DNA of 64,000 nt from Vitrella brassicaformis CCMP3155 (Eukaryota > Protista > Chromerida), in the NCBI GenBank assembly GCA_001179505.1, contig CDMY01000306.1, forward strand, positions 62,001 through 126,000. The letters are read 5' to 3'. Each line of letters opens with the position of its first letter. Position 1 is the first letter of the stretch. The notes under the pieces were generated by a model. The model saw only the letters and a program-made list of their open reading frames with translations, did not search any database and was not told where the DNA came from. Positions 50,701 to 62,585 of the stretch are shown here, one piece after another. Both the position numbers and the translations under genes were made by a program.

Positions 50701-53461
50701 GTGTGTGTTGTGTGTGTGTGGTGTACCTGACGGCGAGCTGTGGCGCGCTGACGGGGAACGGGATGGGCTGCGGGCAGGTGCACGCCAGCTGCCACGAGGC
50801 ACTGGGGGTACCCGAGCGGCCAGGGGGTGTGGGGGTGTTTGCTGCTGCTGCTGTTGTGTCTGATTGTAGTGCTGAAGGTGGGTATGGGTAGGGGCTGGCG
50901 TAGGGGAAGCCGCTGCCCTGCTCGGACTCGGCGAACGCACTGTGCTCTATCCTGAGTCGGCGCCATAGATGCGCACACACACACACACACACACAAACGG
51001 GGTTGCCTACGAGAGAGAGTGAGGGAGTGGGTACCTTTCCACAGAGCACTCCACCCAGCCGTCAGACACCACCTCGCCCTCCTGGGGCCACACACACACA
51101 CGTGCCTCCATCCCTCCATCCATCCATCAAGGTACCTGTGCATCGTCATAGCTGTACTCCCAGTCCCTCTCGACATCCAGCAGCACCTCCCCACCTCCAC
51201 CTCCACCCACCATCCCGCCCTCCCTCTCCCTCTCGGCGTCGGTGCTCTTGTCCCTGTAGAGGTGGGTGGCCCCCAAGGTGGCCCCGCTGTCCGTCGTGAA
51301 CTGGTCAAGGAAGGTCTGCACGCGCAGCCGGAAGGGCAGCCGGCCCAGCCACGCGGCGCTGGTCACCGACCCGTTGTCATGCGCCTGTTTGGCAGACGTG
51401 TGCGTGCACATCTCCATCTGTGTGCTGGCTGGGTGTGTGTGTGGGTGGGGACCTGTGGGTGTTGGTGTGAGGGTGGTGGCGGTGTTGTTGGCTGTGGGGC
51501 GGAGGAGAAGGCGCGCGCGAAGAGTCGGTCTAGGCAGCTGATGTAGAGCCTGTTCTCGGTCTGCACCCATCGGCCGAGCTCCTGCTGCAGCCAACCCTCA
51601 CGAGCCATCAGCTCGACGCCCTTGTCCACCTGAACATACACGCCCCACACACACACATTTGTGTGTACGTCTCTCCCTCTCTCTCCCTCTGTGCGGATGT
51701 GTGTGTGTGCGTGGTGGGGGGAGCTTACCCTGAGGCATTGCAGTCTGAGTGTGGTGGGCCACAGCGAAGCGGATGGCAGAGCGAAGGCCAGGTGGCGCTC
51801 CTCCTCAATGAAGAGGCCTATCAGATACTCTACCACCTGCACACAAAACCAGGCACAGCACGCTTACGTGACGTGGCCGGAGGGGGGATGGTTCTGTTCT
51901 TTCGGACTGACCGACCTCTCGGCCCCCTCTGCGGCACATTGCGCTAAGCACCGACAAAGCAGCCTCCGACACACAGTACTCCTGCGTCACACCCGTCCTC
52001 AGCAAATGGCCTGCAGGCATCGCACCGCATCGCATCCACCACACACACACCGATTTATTCACACACACAGACCCTCTCCCCCTCTCTCTCCATGCCCCTG
52101 CACTGCACTGCACGCACCGGCAATCCATTTCCACTTGGGCAACAGCACCGCCTGCGGCTGCACTGGGGCACCAGTGCCTTCGTCCAGCTGGCTCAGCCGG
52201 CTCACCTCATCGGCCACCTGGCCTTCCGGCGCCGCCTGCGGCACCACCGACAGCGGCGACACGCCTGGCGTCCCACCACCACCACCAGCAGCTCCCTGCT
52301 GAGCGCGGAATGAGGGCGAGCTCACGCGCTTGGCCACCTGCTCAAGGGACCACTTCCTCGGTGCAGACGACGGGGGCGGTGGGGGCGGTGGGGGCGGTGG
52401 CGGCGGTGGCGGCGGTGCTGGTGGGGGTGGAGGTTTCTTCCCCCCGGCGCCATCCTGCTGCTGCTGGTGTTGAGTCCCAACAGGCGCCCCAGGGCTGGTG
52501 GCGAAGGCCAGCGGCCCAATGGCCATGGTGCGGGCGGGGAACCTTGAGCCGATGGAGAGCTCAGTGGGGTAGCCGTGGGAATAAGTGGTGGTGGGGGCGT
52601 CGTGCATCGTGGGCGCCGACGATGACGCGTGCAGGTTGATGGACGCGATCGAAGCTGCCGACGACGGCCGGACCACTCTCATGACAGCGGGGGGGTAGGG
52701 CGGCGGGGGGGAGGGGCTCTGCCCGACCACCACCCTCCCAGCAGAGGGCACCTTCCTCAGCCCCACGCGCAGCTCGTCGTCATTGCTGTCGGTGGAGGCC
52801 GAGTACTCCCTCGGGCGGGTGGTGCTCTGCTGCTGCATCCCCGAGGTGCTCGCCGTGCTGACCGTCACGCCGCTCATGGTCCGGTGCAGCCGATACCGCC
52901 CTGGCACTCCCCCTTCTAGGAGGTGGTCGCCTTTGTGCAGGTGGGGGTCGGTGTGGGGGCTCCTGGGGCAGTAGACGAGGTCGCACGGGGTGCCTGGCAG
53001 CTCGAGTGACGTGAAGCTGCTGGAGGTCTCGTGGCTGTCGAAGAGGAGACCGAAGTAGCGGATGGTCGACAGACGGAGGGAGGGGGAGCCGGCGGCGAAG
53101 ATCTGTGTGGGCAGGTGTGTGGCAACAGAGAGGGAGAAGAAATTGGTGGTTTATGTGTGGGGGCGCCTCCTCTCTCTCTCTCTGTCTGTCTGTGTGTGTG
53201 TGTGTGTGTGGAGATGGCCTTCTCTCTCCTGTCTGTCTTAAGGACTTTGTCGACGACGGCTCTGTTCTCCCGGAATGAGTAGCAGAGGTGCGGCACGAAG
53301 AGGCTGGTAAGGAAGTCCTTGTCGCGAATGGCCACAAGCCGGTCCAAAGTGCGGTAGAACTCCAGCTTCGTCAATATGGTCACACCCTCTACACACACAC
53401 ACACACACACACACATGAACACCTATCCCTGTGCTGCCTCTGTGTGCCTTCCGTGCGCAAA

Positions 53462-53500
<39 letters not shown>

Positions 53501-54670
53501 TGATTGGCGCCCACCCACCTTGTGTGCAGGAGATGAGGCCCAGGAAGGTGGCGTACTCGCGGACCAGTGTGCGGCCCACCATGCTCTCTGTCAGCAGTCC
53601 CTTAGTCGAACCCCCAAGCCCACCAAACCACCCAAACAAATGGGGGGGCGGCTGCGACACACACACACATACACACACACTCATCGGAGAGCCCTCCCCC
53701 ACCCAACCACACGAAGGCATACCTGTGGCGGCTGCTGCTCGCCATTGCCCTCTCTCTCGTCGACTCGCGGCATCGTCGGCAGCGGGCGTGTGGACTCCCC
53801 CGCGTCAGAGGGGAATCGTGGTCGAGCTTGGATGTGCTGCTGGGTCTGCTGCTGCTGCTGCTGTTGCGTGACAGTCTGCATGGAGTGGACACGGCTCTTG
53901 AGGAAGGCCTGGATGCTCGAGTAGCTCTTGCGGTCGTGCGGCGGCACCTCCACGTTCACGACGCTGATCTGCAGAGATGAGATGGGTGGGCGCAGCCCAG
54001 CCCAGCCATAGACACGTGTGGCTCTCTCTCTCTCTCTGTGTGTGTGTGGTTACGTGTGTCTGCTGCCCGTCTTCGCCGCTCGCAAGAGAAGAGCCTGAGC
54101 AGGACCTTGCCCGTGGGCGGCCGGCAGCTGCACAGATACATCGACGCACACCGACACACACACAATGCACTGCACACTTCCGACGTGTTGCGCTGTGTTG
54201 GGTGCGTTGGGTGCATTGCGTTGCGTACAAGCAGGCGGCAGTGCGACTGAGAGCAGCGATGTGTCCTGTGGTGAGGCCAGGGGGCGCAGAGGCACGCTGC
54301 CGCACAGCAACCGTTCGCTCTGCTCGCTGCGCAGCGAGTGGGAGCTGACATTCTTCGGCATTGCCTGCAGGCACTCAATTAACACAATCACAGTGACAGA
54401 CAATGACACACACGCCCTCTTCCCAGCCCCTCTCTCTCCCTCCCACCAGAGCGTGGAGTTGACTGGGGGTGCTGGGTGACTGCTTGACGCTCCAACACAT
54501 GGAGATGTTGATGGGGCCGCCGCCACCAGGCTGGTGCTGGTGCTGGTGCTGGTGGTGGTGCTGCTGGTGGGGCGAGGGGGATGATTTTGGGGGAAGGGCT
54601 GCTGTCTTGGGGGTGGGGGAGGGGGTGGCCTGCACCATACACACAGGTCGGTGTCTGTGGTGGAGCCATC

Positions 54671-54703
<33 letters not shown>

Positions 54704-55486
54704 TCTATGTGTGTGTGTTAGGTTGCCTTGTCGACTTCGGCCAGCTCGTCATGAAAAAGCTGTACCAGCTCACACACGAACCCCCGCCTCTCCGCAAAGT
54801 ACCCCTCACTCGGAAACAGAAACAGCCGCCCCTGCAGGCACACACATACACAAACCATCACACACACACACACACAAAGGAGCCACGTACCTCGTTTCTC
54901 CCGGCCACAAGCATGGCGATCGCCTCCATGCCGGCCTCCACCATCGGCAGATGGGCCGCCCGCCACTCGAGCAAGGGAAACTCCCGAGAGCGGGGCGAGA
55001 AGAACCTGCCATTGCAAACCATGGAAATGTGGGGGTGGGGTCGGGTAGGGAAGGGGGTTTACCTGAGCAGTCGTCTGATGAATTTGGTGACGATAGCGTC
55101 CTGGTGCTTGAGGGGCAGCCGCAGGGGGCCTTGTAGGAGGTGCAGAATGGACGGCCAGTGCCTGCAGTATGCAGCACATGGAGATGGATGGATGTGTGTG
55201 ATGTGTGTGGCTGTCTGTCTGTGTGGGGGGTGTACTGGGTGGCCGTTCGTTTCAGTTACCATTTGGTGCCTTCTCTGATGTTCATGACGCCGGTGGTCTT
55301 GATGGCCGACGCGATGTCCTCACTCCCAAACCTGCACACACACACACACACACACAGTGGCCCACCATCCACCAGACCACACACAATTCACTCGAATCTG
55401 CGTACGCCTGTGTGCCGACGTGCAGCGCTGTGGCGAGCGACGTCCTTGTCGAATCCAGCAGCTGACACACACACACACACAAATGA

Positions 55487-55523
<37 letters not shown>

Positions 55524-58500
55524 GATGCGCTCACCCTTGTGTGTGTGACCTCACACGTGACGGTCTTGGCGAAGGCCTCGATTGCCTCCTCATCCGCACC
55601 ACCACCACCATCAGCAGAAACCGGGCCCACAGCCAAATTGCACGCCAGTAATTGTGGCTGCCTGCATCCATCCATCCACACAACCACATTGACACACATA
55701 CGGCTGCGGTGCCGTGGTTGCCATACGTACCCCTCGTTGGCAGCGGCAGTGCCGTTGTTGCCATTGTTGAGGCGCCACATCTGCGGCACGCCACCGAGGT
55801 CAAGCTGTGTCAGCACCGAATGCGCCTACACACACACACACACACACACAGAGGGAGAGAGACAGGCTCCACCCACACACCCACGCACACACACACGCAC
55901 CCACCTACCCGAATTCGTGTGTGCGAGGAGGGGAAAAGGGTCGCCGCCGATGAGATGGGCGGGACTGCCTGCACGTTGGCCAGAAGGTGGGGCGGCAACA
56001 GCAGCGACGCGCTCGACAGCAGCAAAGACAGCACCTCCGACGCCTCAGCTATCAGCCACGGCTCGGCTGACGGACTGCCACACACACACCAGAACACACA
56101 CACCCATTATGAGCGGTTGGGGCGGGGGAGGGCGGTTACCAGATCACGAGCTCGGCGAGCGCCTGATGGACGCCCAGCCAGACAAGGCACCGCACCACAA
56201 AGACCCCCCAGACGTCGAGCAGCTCGCAGCCGCCGTCGATGGCCCCGCTGCCGGCACCGCTGGTGCTGCTGGTGGTGGTCGCGGTGGTGGTGCCGTCACC
56301 CACACCGACGCCCACGCCCATAATGCCATCGAATGACGACTCACCTGCCATGTGCACACAATCAACACACACACACACACACATATGGACGATCCTCTGT
56401 GGTGTGCGAGTGTTGTGTGGCTGTGTGGGTACCGAGCTCGTCAACGAGGCCCACCAGCCCCTCGCCCAGACTGGACAGCACGTACTGACCCTACACACAC
56501 ACACACACATGAATGGCCACCATAGGTGGGCATGGGCATGGGCATGGGCATGTGTTGCTTGCCTGTGGGAAGTACTGCTGTGACGAGAGGGAGGAGTGCG
56601 CGTGTTGGGGCGTCTCGGCTGACCGCTCGGAAAATGCAGACAACGAGCCGGCCGATATGCCTGCATCCCGCACACCACACCAGGGAGTCATCAGCCCACG
56701 TGTGTCTGTGTGTGTGTGTGTTGGTGCGTACCAGAGAAAGCCCTCGGTCTGTTTCCGATCTGCGGGAGGTTGGTGAGCTGTCCGCTCTGCTGGCCCAGCG
56801 ACGGCTCGCTGCCGCTCGAAGGCATCATACCACCACCGGAGTGCGCCGCAGCCTGCATTACGTGGGGTGTGTGTGTGTGTGTGTGTTGTGTGTTGTGTGT
56901 TGTGTGTTGTGTGTTGTGTGTCAGTGGCGGGGAGGGAAGTCACCTTGACAGAGACGCTCCTCGCCATGGGTTGGATAGACATGGTCCCTTCCCCGACTGC
57001 ACTCGCCGTTATGGGGCCGCTCTTGGCGCGATCAACTGTGTGAATGGACGGACGGATGGATGGATGGACGATGGACACACACGTGTGTTCGTGTGGGCCT
57101 GTGAATTCAATGCGTACCAGCGACATCCCCCACCACACCAGTCTGCGGCCCTCCCTGGGTCTGCGTCTGAGTCTGTGTCTGTGTCTGCGCCTGTGCCGCT
57201 GCCGTCGCTCTCCGCTGAGTCGGGGAGGTGTCCTAAGTTCACACATCCATCCATCCATCCATTGATTCACACATATGGGTCGAGATACCTGCAGCGATGG
57301 AACATTGGGGAGGTTGAACGACGACGTCCGCGACCGTCTTGAGGGGTGCAGCGAAGGTAATGGCGGCAGAGTGGGAAACCTGCACAACACGCAGACCGCA
57401 ACATTCGCATCTCTACCTAGGGAGAATGTCCACATCTCTCTCTCTCCGTGTGTGTGTGTGTGTTTGCGTGTGTCCGACCTTTCTGCGCCGTGTACGCCCA
57501 TGGTGCCCTGCACAAGGTGCCTGAGCTTGCTGCCGTGGTAAGGCCGCCGCCTCGCCCGCGCGAAGGAGACGATGTGGTCAAACGTCACTCTGCCTCTGGT
57601 GCCTGCACGCACCACCCAATCGGAGTGAGTGTGTAGGTGGATGCGGTGCATCTCAACGCACCCAGAGCCATGGCGAGTATGTCATGGAGCAGCCTGATGA
57701 CCCGCGAGATGTCTCCTGAGCGGTCCGGGGAGACGGGGTGGCGCAGAAAGGACACCAACGCAGAGAGCCCTGCACACACACAGACACACACACACACACA
57801 CACGCAGACACAGAGAGAGAAACACCCAGATGTGTACGTGTGGGTGTGGGTGTGGGGATCTCTGCGCACCGTGTGGCGCCCCAGCAAGCGCAATGAACCC
57901 CGGGACGCTCCGCATGAGAGCGAGGATGGAGCCGCTGGCCGCCTCAACACGCGCAGACCGCTCGTCTGCCGGCTGTTGGTCGGGCGGCAGGGGCGTCTGC
58001 GTCTGCTGCTGTGGCTGTGGCTGTGTCACTGTGCCGTCAGACTCCCTCTCCTCGATGAAGATGGAGCACAGCTTCTGGATCTCGGTCGTCCAGCACACCT
58101 GATGCACACATGAAGCAGGCCACGACAGATGGGTCGATGGACCGGTGCATTGCTTTGCGTTGAGCTGAGCTGCGTGTACTCACCTGTCCCTTTGCGACGG
58201 CCTGCCTCTTCTTAGGGTCGGCCAGAAGATGCCCAATCACAAACGCAATGCTCTCCCTCAGACCCACAGGCACACAAGGGTCGCTCAGCGCGTCCATCAG
58301 CACACCCACGCCCCAAGCCTCAGCCACCAGCCGCGGCCGCATAATAGCCAGGTCGCGCAAAGTCTCCAGACAAACGCGCCTCAGTGTGTCTGCCGACGAC
58401 TCCGCAATGGCCACAAGCGACCGCACAAAGCACAGAGGCAGCCGTGTGGAGGTCCGGCCGCTCGCCGCGAGGGAGCCCCACTTCCGAATGAACCTCAGCG

Positions 58501-59151
58501 CGGCGATCCTCTCCCACTCGACGGCCTGCTGATCGGCCACGGCGCTGCTGCGGGGGTTCCTTTCCAGAGCCACACAGACGAACTCGGGTACCCAGAGGTC
58601 GCTGCAAGCCGCCAGCGCGGCTTCGGACAGCAGGAAGTACCGACACGCTCGCAGAGCCGCCGCGCGTGTGAGAGTGTCTTGGTCGAATAGGAAGTGCCGA
58701 AAGAGAGAGAAGGAGAGGATCCAGTCGAAGGCTGGTGGGGGCTGCTGCAGCTGCTGCTGCTGCTGGGCTTGGGCGTGGGTGGCGGACGGCGGGAGGGCGC
58801 CTGCTGCATCGACGGAGAGGGGTGCGGGTGCGGAGGCTGGGGCGGGGCCGGGAGCCGCCTCGCCCGACCATGACATACCCTGAACACCACAAGGACACAC
58901 ACACACGGACAACACAGGATACATGAAGGTGAGTGTGTGTGGTGCGTGTCCATCCATCCATTCATTCGCTCGCTGACCTGCGCGACGTGGGCCACTCTGT
59001 TGAGTAGCTCGAGCTTGACGCGGCAGTCGACGGCCGCGGAGGGCGACGGCCCATAGACGCGCCGGCTGAGTGATTTGAAGAGGTTCTGGAGCAGCTCATG
59101 CTGCGAATGGAGGGACGATGACCCATCGGCCGCATGAGTAGTGGCTGTCAT
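46898..59151 (-). CDS. RICTOR: RICTOR (TORC2 scaffold), ~12 kb, many exons
   Basis: RAAALRACRY...ERIAALRFIRK...RRVCLETLRDLA...HLLADPKKRQ (Rictor N-terminal); GWLQQELGRW...NRLYI; PHLYGFLASTATG; LWCAGWAGSSAMG...RGTALYALSLLA (domain V). Confidence 0.85.
55462..55534 (-). other. Representative 73-nt intron: GUGAG...(AC)9-UCAUUU-(GU)8-CAG
   Basis: Perfect 16-bp complementary stem abutting the 3' CAG inside RICTOR. Confidence 0.8.
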
Positions 59152-59474
59152 CCCATCTGTGTGTCAGTCAACAGCGCCAGAGTGACTGAGCTGCTGAGGG
59201 CGCATGCATGACGCAACACAGAGAGTGACAGAGATGCACAGACGCGAGATGTGCATGGATGTCTTGGTCAGATGAGCGTCGTACTTACCGGATAATGGGG
59301 AGCGGCCAGCACTAGAACAGAGAGATTGAAAGATAGATAGACGAGATGAGAGGGATGGAACACGTCAGCAACCACGCGGGTTTGTTCCTTCCAAAGGCGG
59401 GAGATCTGCACAGGCTGAGCTCGCGACCTTTTGCGAGCTCAATATGCAGAGAGTCGTGGGCGGACACAGCAGTG

Positions 59475-60053
59475 ATGAACGCCCCGCAACAACCATCCCC
59501 CCCTGAGTGCTTCATCTGTAAGAAAGCCGCAAGATACCGCTGCCCGGCCTGTCAGACGCGCACATGCAGCCTCGAGTGTGTCAAGCAGCACAAGGAGCGA
59601 ACGGGCTGCACGGGGCAACGCGAGAGGGTCCAGCACGTCGCCGCCAGCAGCTTCACCGACACTGACCTTCACCGAGATTTCGTCTTTCTCGAGGAGGCCC
59701 TCCGCGCCGTCGAGGCCGCCAGACGCGCCAGGGAGCGGAGATCGCCACAATTGCAGCCACAGAGGGCTCGTGCGCACGGTATGCAAGCACGTGGCAAGAC
59801 ATCCACTCATTCATCATCGCACGTTGTGTTTGTGCTTGTCATGCCAGGTAACGCATCGCAGCGGCAGGTTCGACGGAAGGGGCATCGATCACTTACTAGG
59901 AGGGGAGGAGGGCGACCGAACTTCTCAGACCCTCGAAGAGCACCTCGGCAAAGTGGAGTGGCTGAGGAGAAGGGCAGAAGGGCAGAATCAGTCAGTGGGA
60001 AGCAGGCGGACGGCAAGAATGAACCTCGGAGCGAGATGGCGGATGTCGATTGA
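59475..60053 (+). CDS. zf-HIT protein, BCD1/ZNHIT6-like N-terminal half
   Basis: CFICKKAARYRCPACQTRTCSLECVKQHKERTGCTGQR...DLHRDFVFLEE; no clear BCD1 C-terminal domain follows. Confidence 0.8.
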   Translation: MNAPQQPSPPECFICKKAARYRCPACQTRTCSLECVKQHKERTGCTGQRERVQHVAASSFTDTDLHRDFVFLEEALRAVEAARRARERRSPQLQPQRARAHGMQARGKTSTHSSSHVVFVLVMPGNASQRQVRRKGHRSLTRRGGGRPNFSDPRRAPRQSGVAEEKGRRAESVSGKQADGKNEPRSEMADVD

Positions 60054-60422
60054 TAGCTGGCTGGCTGGCTGGGTGCAGAGGCAGGCGACCATCTTTTTTT
60101 GGGCCTTGTACAGAGGAGGGGTGGCATAGTGTCTGTCCGTCAGATCTGATAGTTGTGTGGGCACGAGTGACTTTCGGTGATATATTGCAGCGTATTGTGT
60201 GTGGACCTTCGTGGTGGCTGTGAAGGCCGACCTTTCCCGTTCCCTCACATGACAAACAAAATTGACATCCAAAGACACTTCACATATTATGCACACACAG
60301 CCGTCCTGCCACACATGAACAGACACATAAGCTGCCTAAGACAGCCATAGACCCTCTCTCTCTCTCTCTCTCTCTCTCTCCCCTTCCCGTCCACCCAATG
60401 AGCCACCGCACCATCAAGCCCA

Positions 60423-62067
60423 TCAGTTGATGCCCAGTGACTCGAACTGCCCCTGCTTGTTGATGTAACCCAAGTGCTGCCATTCAAACTGACAGTCCTC
60501 GTTGCCGAGGTGGTCGTCAAAGCCCTTGACAACTCCCTCTACGCCATGTCGGGCCGCCTCGTCCAGCCGGGCCTTGTGCACCACCTCACGCACACCCAGC
60601 AGCCGAGGCTGCCCGCCCTCCTGCCCCCTGACGGCGAAGCACTGCAGCGGCACCCGCACCATCTGACCGCCCACATTGGCCATAGGTCCCACCACCTCCC
60701 TGTTGCTGCTCGCCTCCAACGCCGACTTGACGAAGTGCTCGATAGCCGTACACACACGGCGGGCCATGTCGGTGTGGCGGAAGGGCAGCAGTGTGTCGGT
60801 GATGGTCCGGTTGACGGCTTCTGTGTCGAAGAGGTACGATGCGATGCGCCAGCCGAAGAAGGGGGCCTCTTGCGGTCCCACTGCCAGCCGAGGAGTCAGC
60901 AGAGCGGCCAGCGACCGGTGAGGGGCCAGGGCTGCATTGAGGGCCGCCATGGCCGGCTTCGGCAGGTCGTTGAGCACCTCTCTGTATTCCGATAACACCA
61001 GCTGTCGCTGACGGCGCAGGGCGGATGGTTGTCTCAAATAACGATCATCGCCTGCGTCCACATGTGGGTCGTCCTCTGCGTCGTCATCCACCGTGGGCAG
61101 CAGAGGGACGTCAGCGCCCGCCATCAACAGTGTGCGGATGGTGGGATTGGGAGGTTCCCATTCATGATAAACGGCCTCAGAGACAGCCACACCGAGGGGT
61201 GTCTCATTGTGGTAGAGCGAGGCTCTGTTGATGTCGTCGGCTGACGTGAGGTGCCGGGCGAGGAAGTCGACCACTTTGGGGAAGCGGTAAAGAGCCGCAC
61301 AGTACAGTGGTGTCTCTCCTATTTCGTCTGTTGCCGCGATGTCCACCCCGTTGTCCACCAGCAGCGTCATGTAACTGTTGATGAACGACTGCGAATAGAC
61401 GCTTGTTTCATACAGGCTGCCGCCGCGTGCTGCCTGGTGGGCCAGATTGCTCCCGAAGCTCGTCTCCATTGCGAGCGTCCTGTCCTTCTCCAGAATCCGC
61501 CGGTAGATCTGCATGAGCTCCGCCTCGTACTCAGCGGTCGGACTGCGAAGAAAAACGGGAGGGCAGGCCGAGCACACCACACAAATCGACGTCCCTGGAC
61601 AGAAAGACGTCCACTGCCATCAGATTGCCCGCCTGAATGGCCACGAGAATGGGCCGGTCGTCACCCCCCCAGTTGAGTCGCGCGCCGCCATCGATAAACG
61701 CGTTGATGACTCCCCTCTCCAGCTCACGAGTCCTCCACTTGGGCAAAGCGACAGAATATCCATCGCCCGTCGAGAAGACGGTGTTGTCAATGGCCAGAGA
61801 AAGTAAGGGATAAGTTCGGTATGCTCGAGACCCTTTCCTCAGCCCTCTGCTCAGTCTCGGGAAGCTGCTTGTGTCCGCGCCTTGCCGAATAAGGTCTGTC
61901 ACTTGCTGCGGGTCGGTGAAGGTGCGGCGGAAGACGCACTCGGCTAGCTGCTGACTCGCCTCGGGGTTCTGCTGCGCTCCCTTGCGGGACGGCACGCGGA
62001 TAACTTAAAGGACGTCATCGACGCCTAGATGACCATCGTCAGACTCCGCAGATGCGCTTGAGGCCAT
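60423..62067 (-). pseudogene. Ankyrin-repeat protein, disrupted
   Basis: Ankyrin motifs (RPILVAIQAGN, GETPLYCAA, ETPLGVAV); in-frame TAA at codon 21 (62005-62007) and a +1 frameshift near 61560. Confidence 0.75.
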
Positions 62068-62585
62068 CACTTCACAACCCGTAGCACACCAGATACACGA
62101 AAGCTGATTGTGCTTTCTTCACTGTCTTCCTTTCTCTCTCCCCGGGCCCCCTCTCCGCAAGCGGACGGCACATTCTTTTCTACTGTCCGCTCTATAGCTC
62201 TGCACGAGGGGAAGTATTCCGTGTTGTTCGCATGTATGGCCTTCCGGCGCCTGATGGCAAGGTTTACTTTCGATGGGATCTCAATTATTGTGATCCTCTT
62301 GTGTTTGCCTTTTCTCTGCTCACATCTCGCTCACTGCGTGTGCATGAAGCGGTAGCCAGTTTTCTACTGTCTGCGAAGGCCTCGCGTAAGCGGTGGGTTG
62401 CGTTGCATCCGGTGCTTCCTTCTCCTGACTTGTGACTTTCTATGGACTCATACAGACCCTTTCTTGCGTACCCCTTCGGGGGGCCGGGGGGCAAGGTCCC
62501 CGTGAGGTTAACGAACGAACGAACGGACGGTGCGGGATCGCCTCTTCAGAGCGCCGTGAAACCGCTGCTTCAGGAAACAGTGAAG

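Noticed and set aside
25600-60053. Functional cluster of RNA-metabolism genes (helicase, LSM1, mS41-like, BCD1)
   Set aside because: Different compartments and pathways; such genes are common, so co-location alone is not evidence.
61540-61580. Programmed frameshift in the ankyrin gene
   Set aside because: No canonical slippery heptamer, and a separate premature stop lies upstream.
62471-62482. CCCC-TTCG-GGGG tetraloop hairpin upstream of gene C
   Set aside because: A 4-bp stem is expected by chance in GC-rich DNA and is not seen before paralogues.
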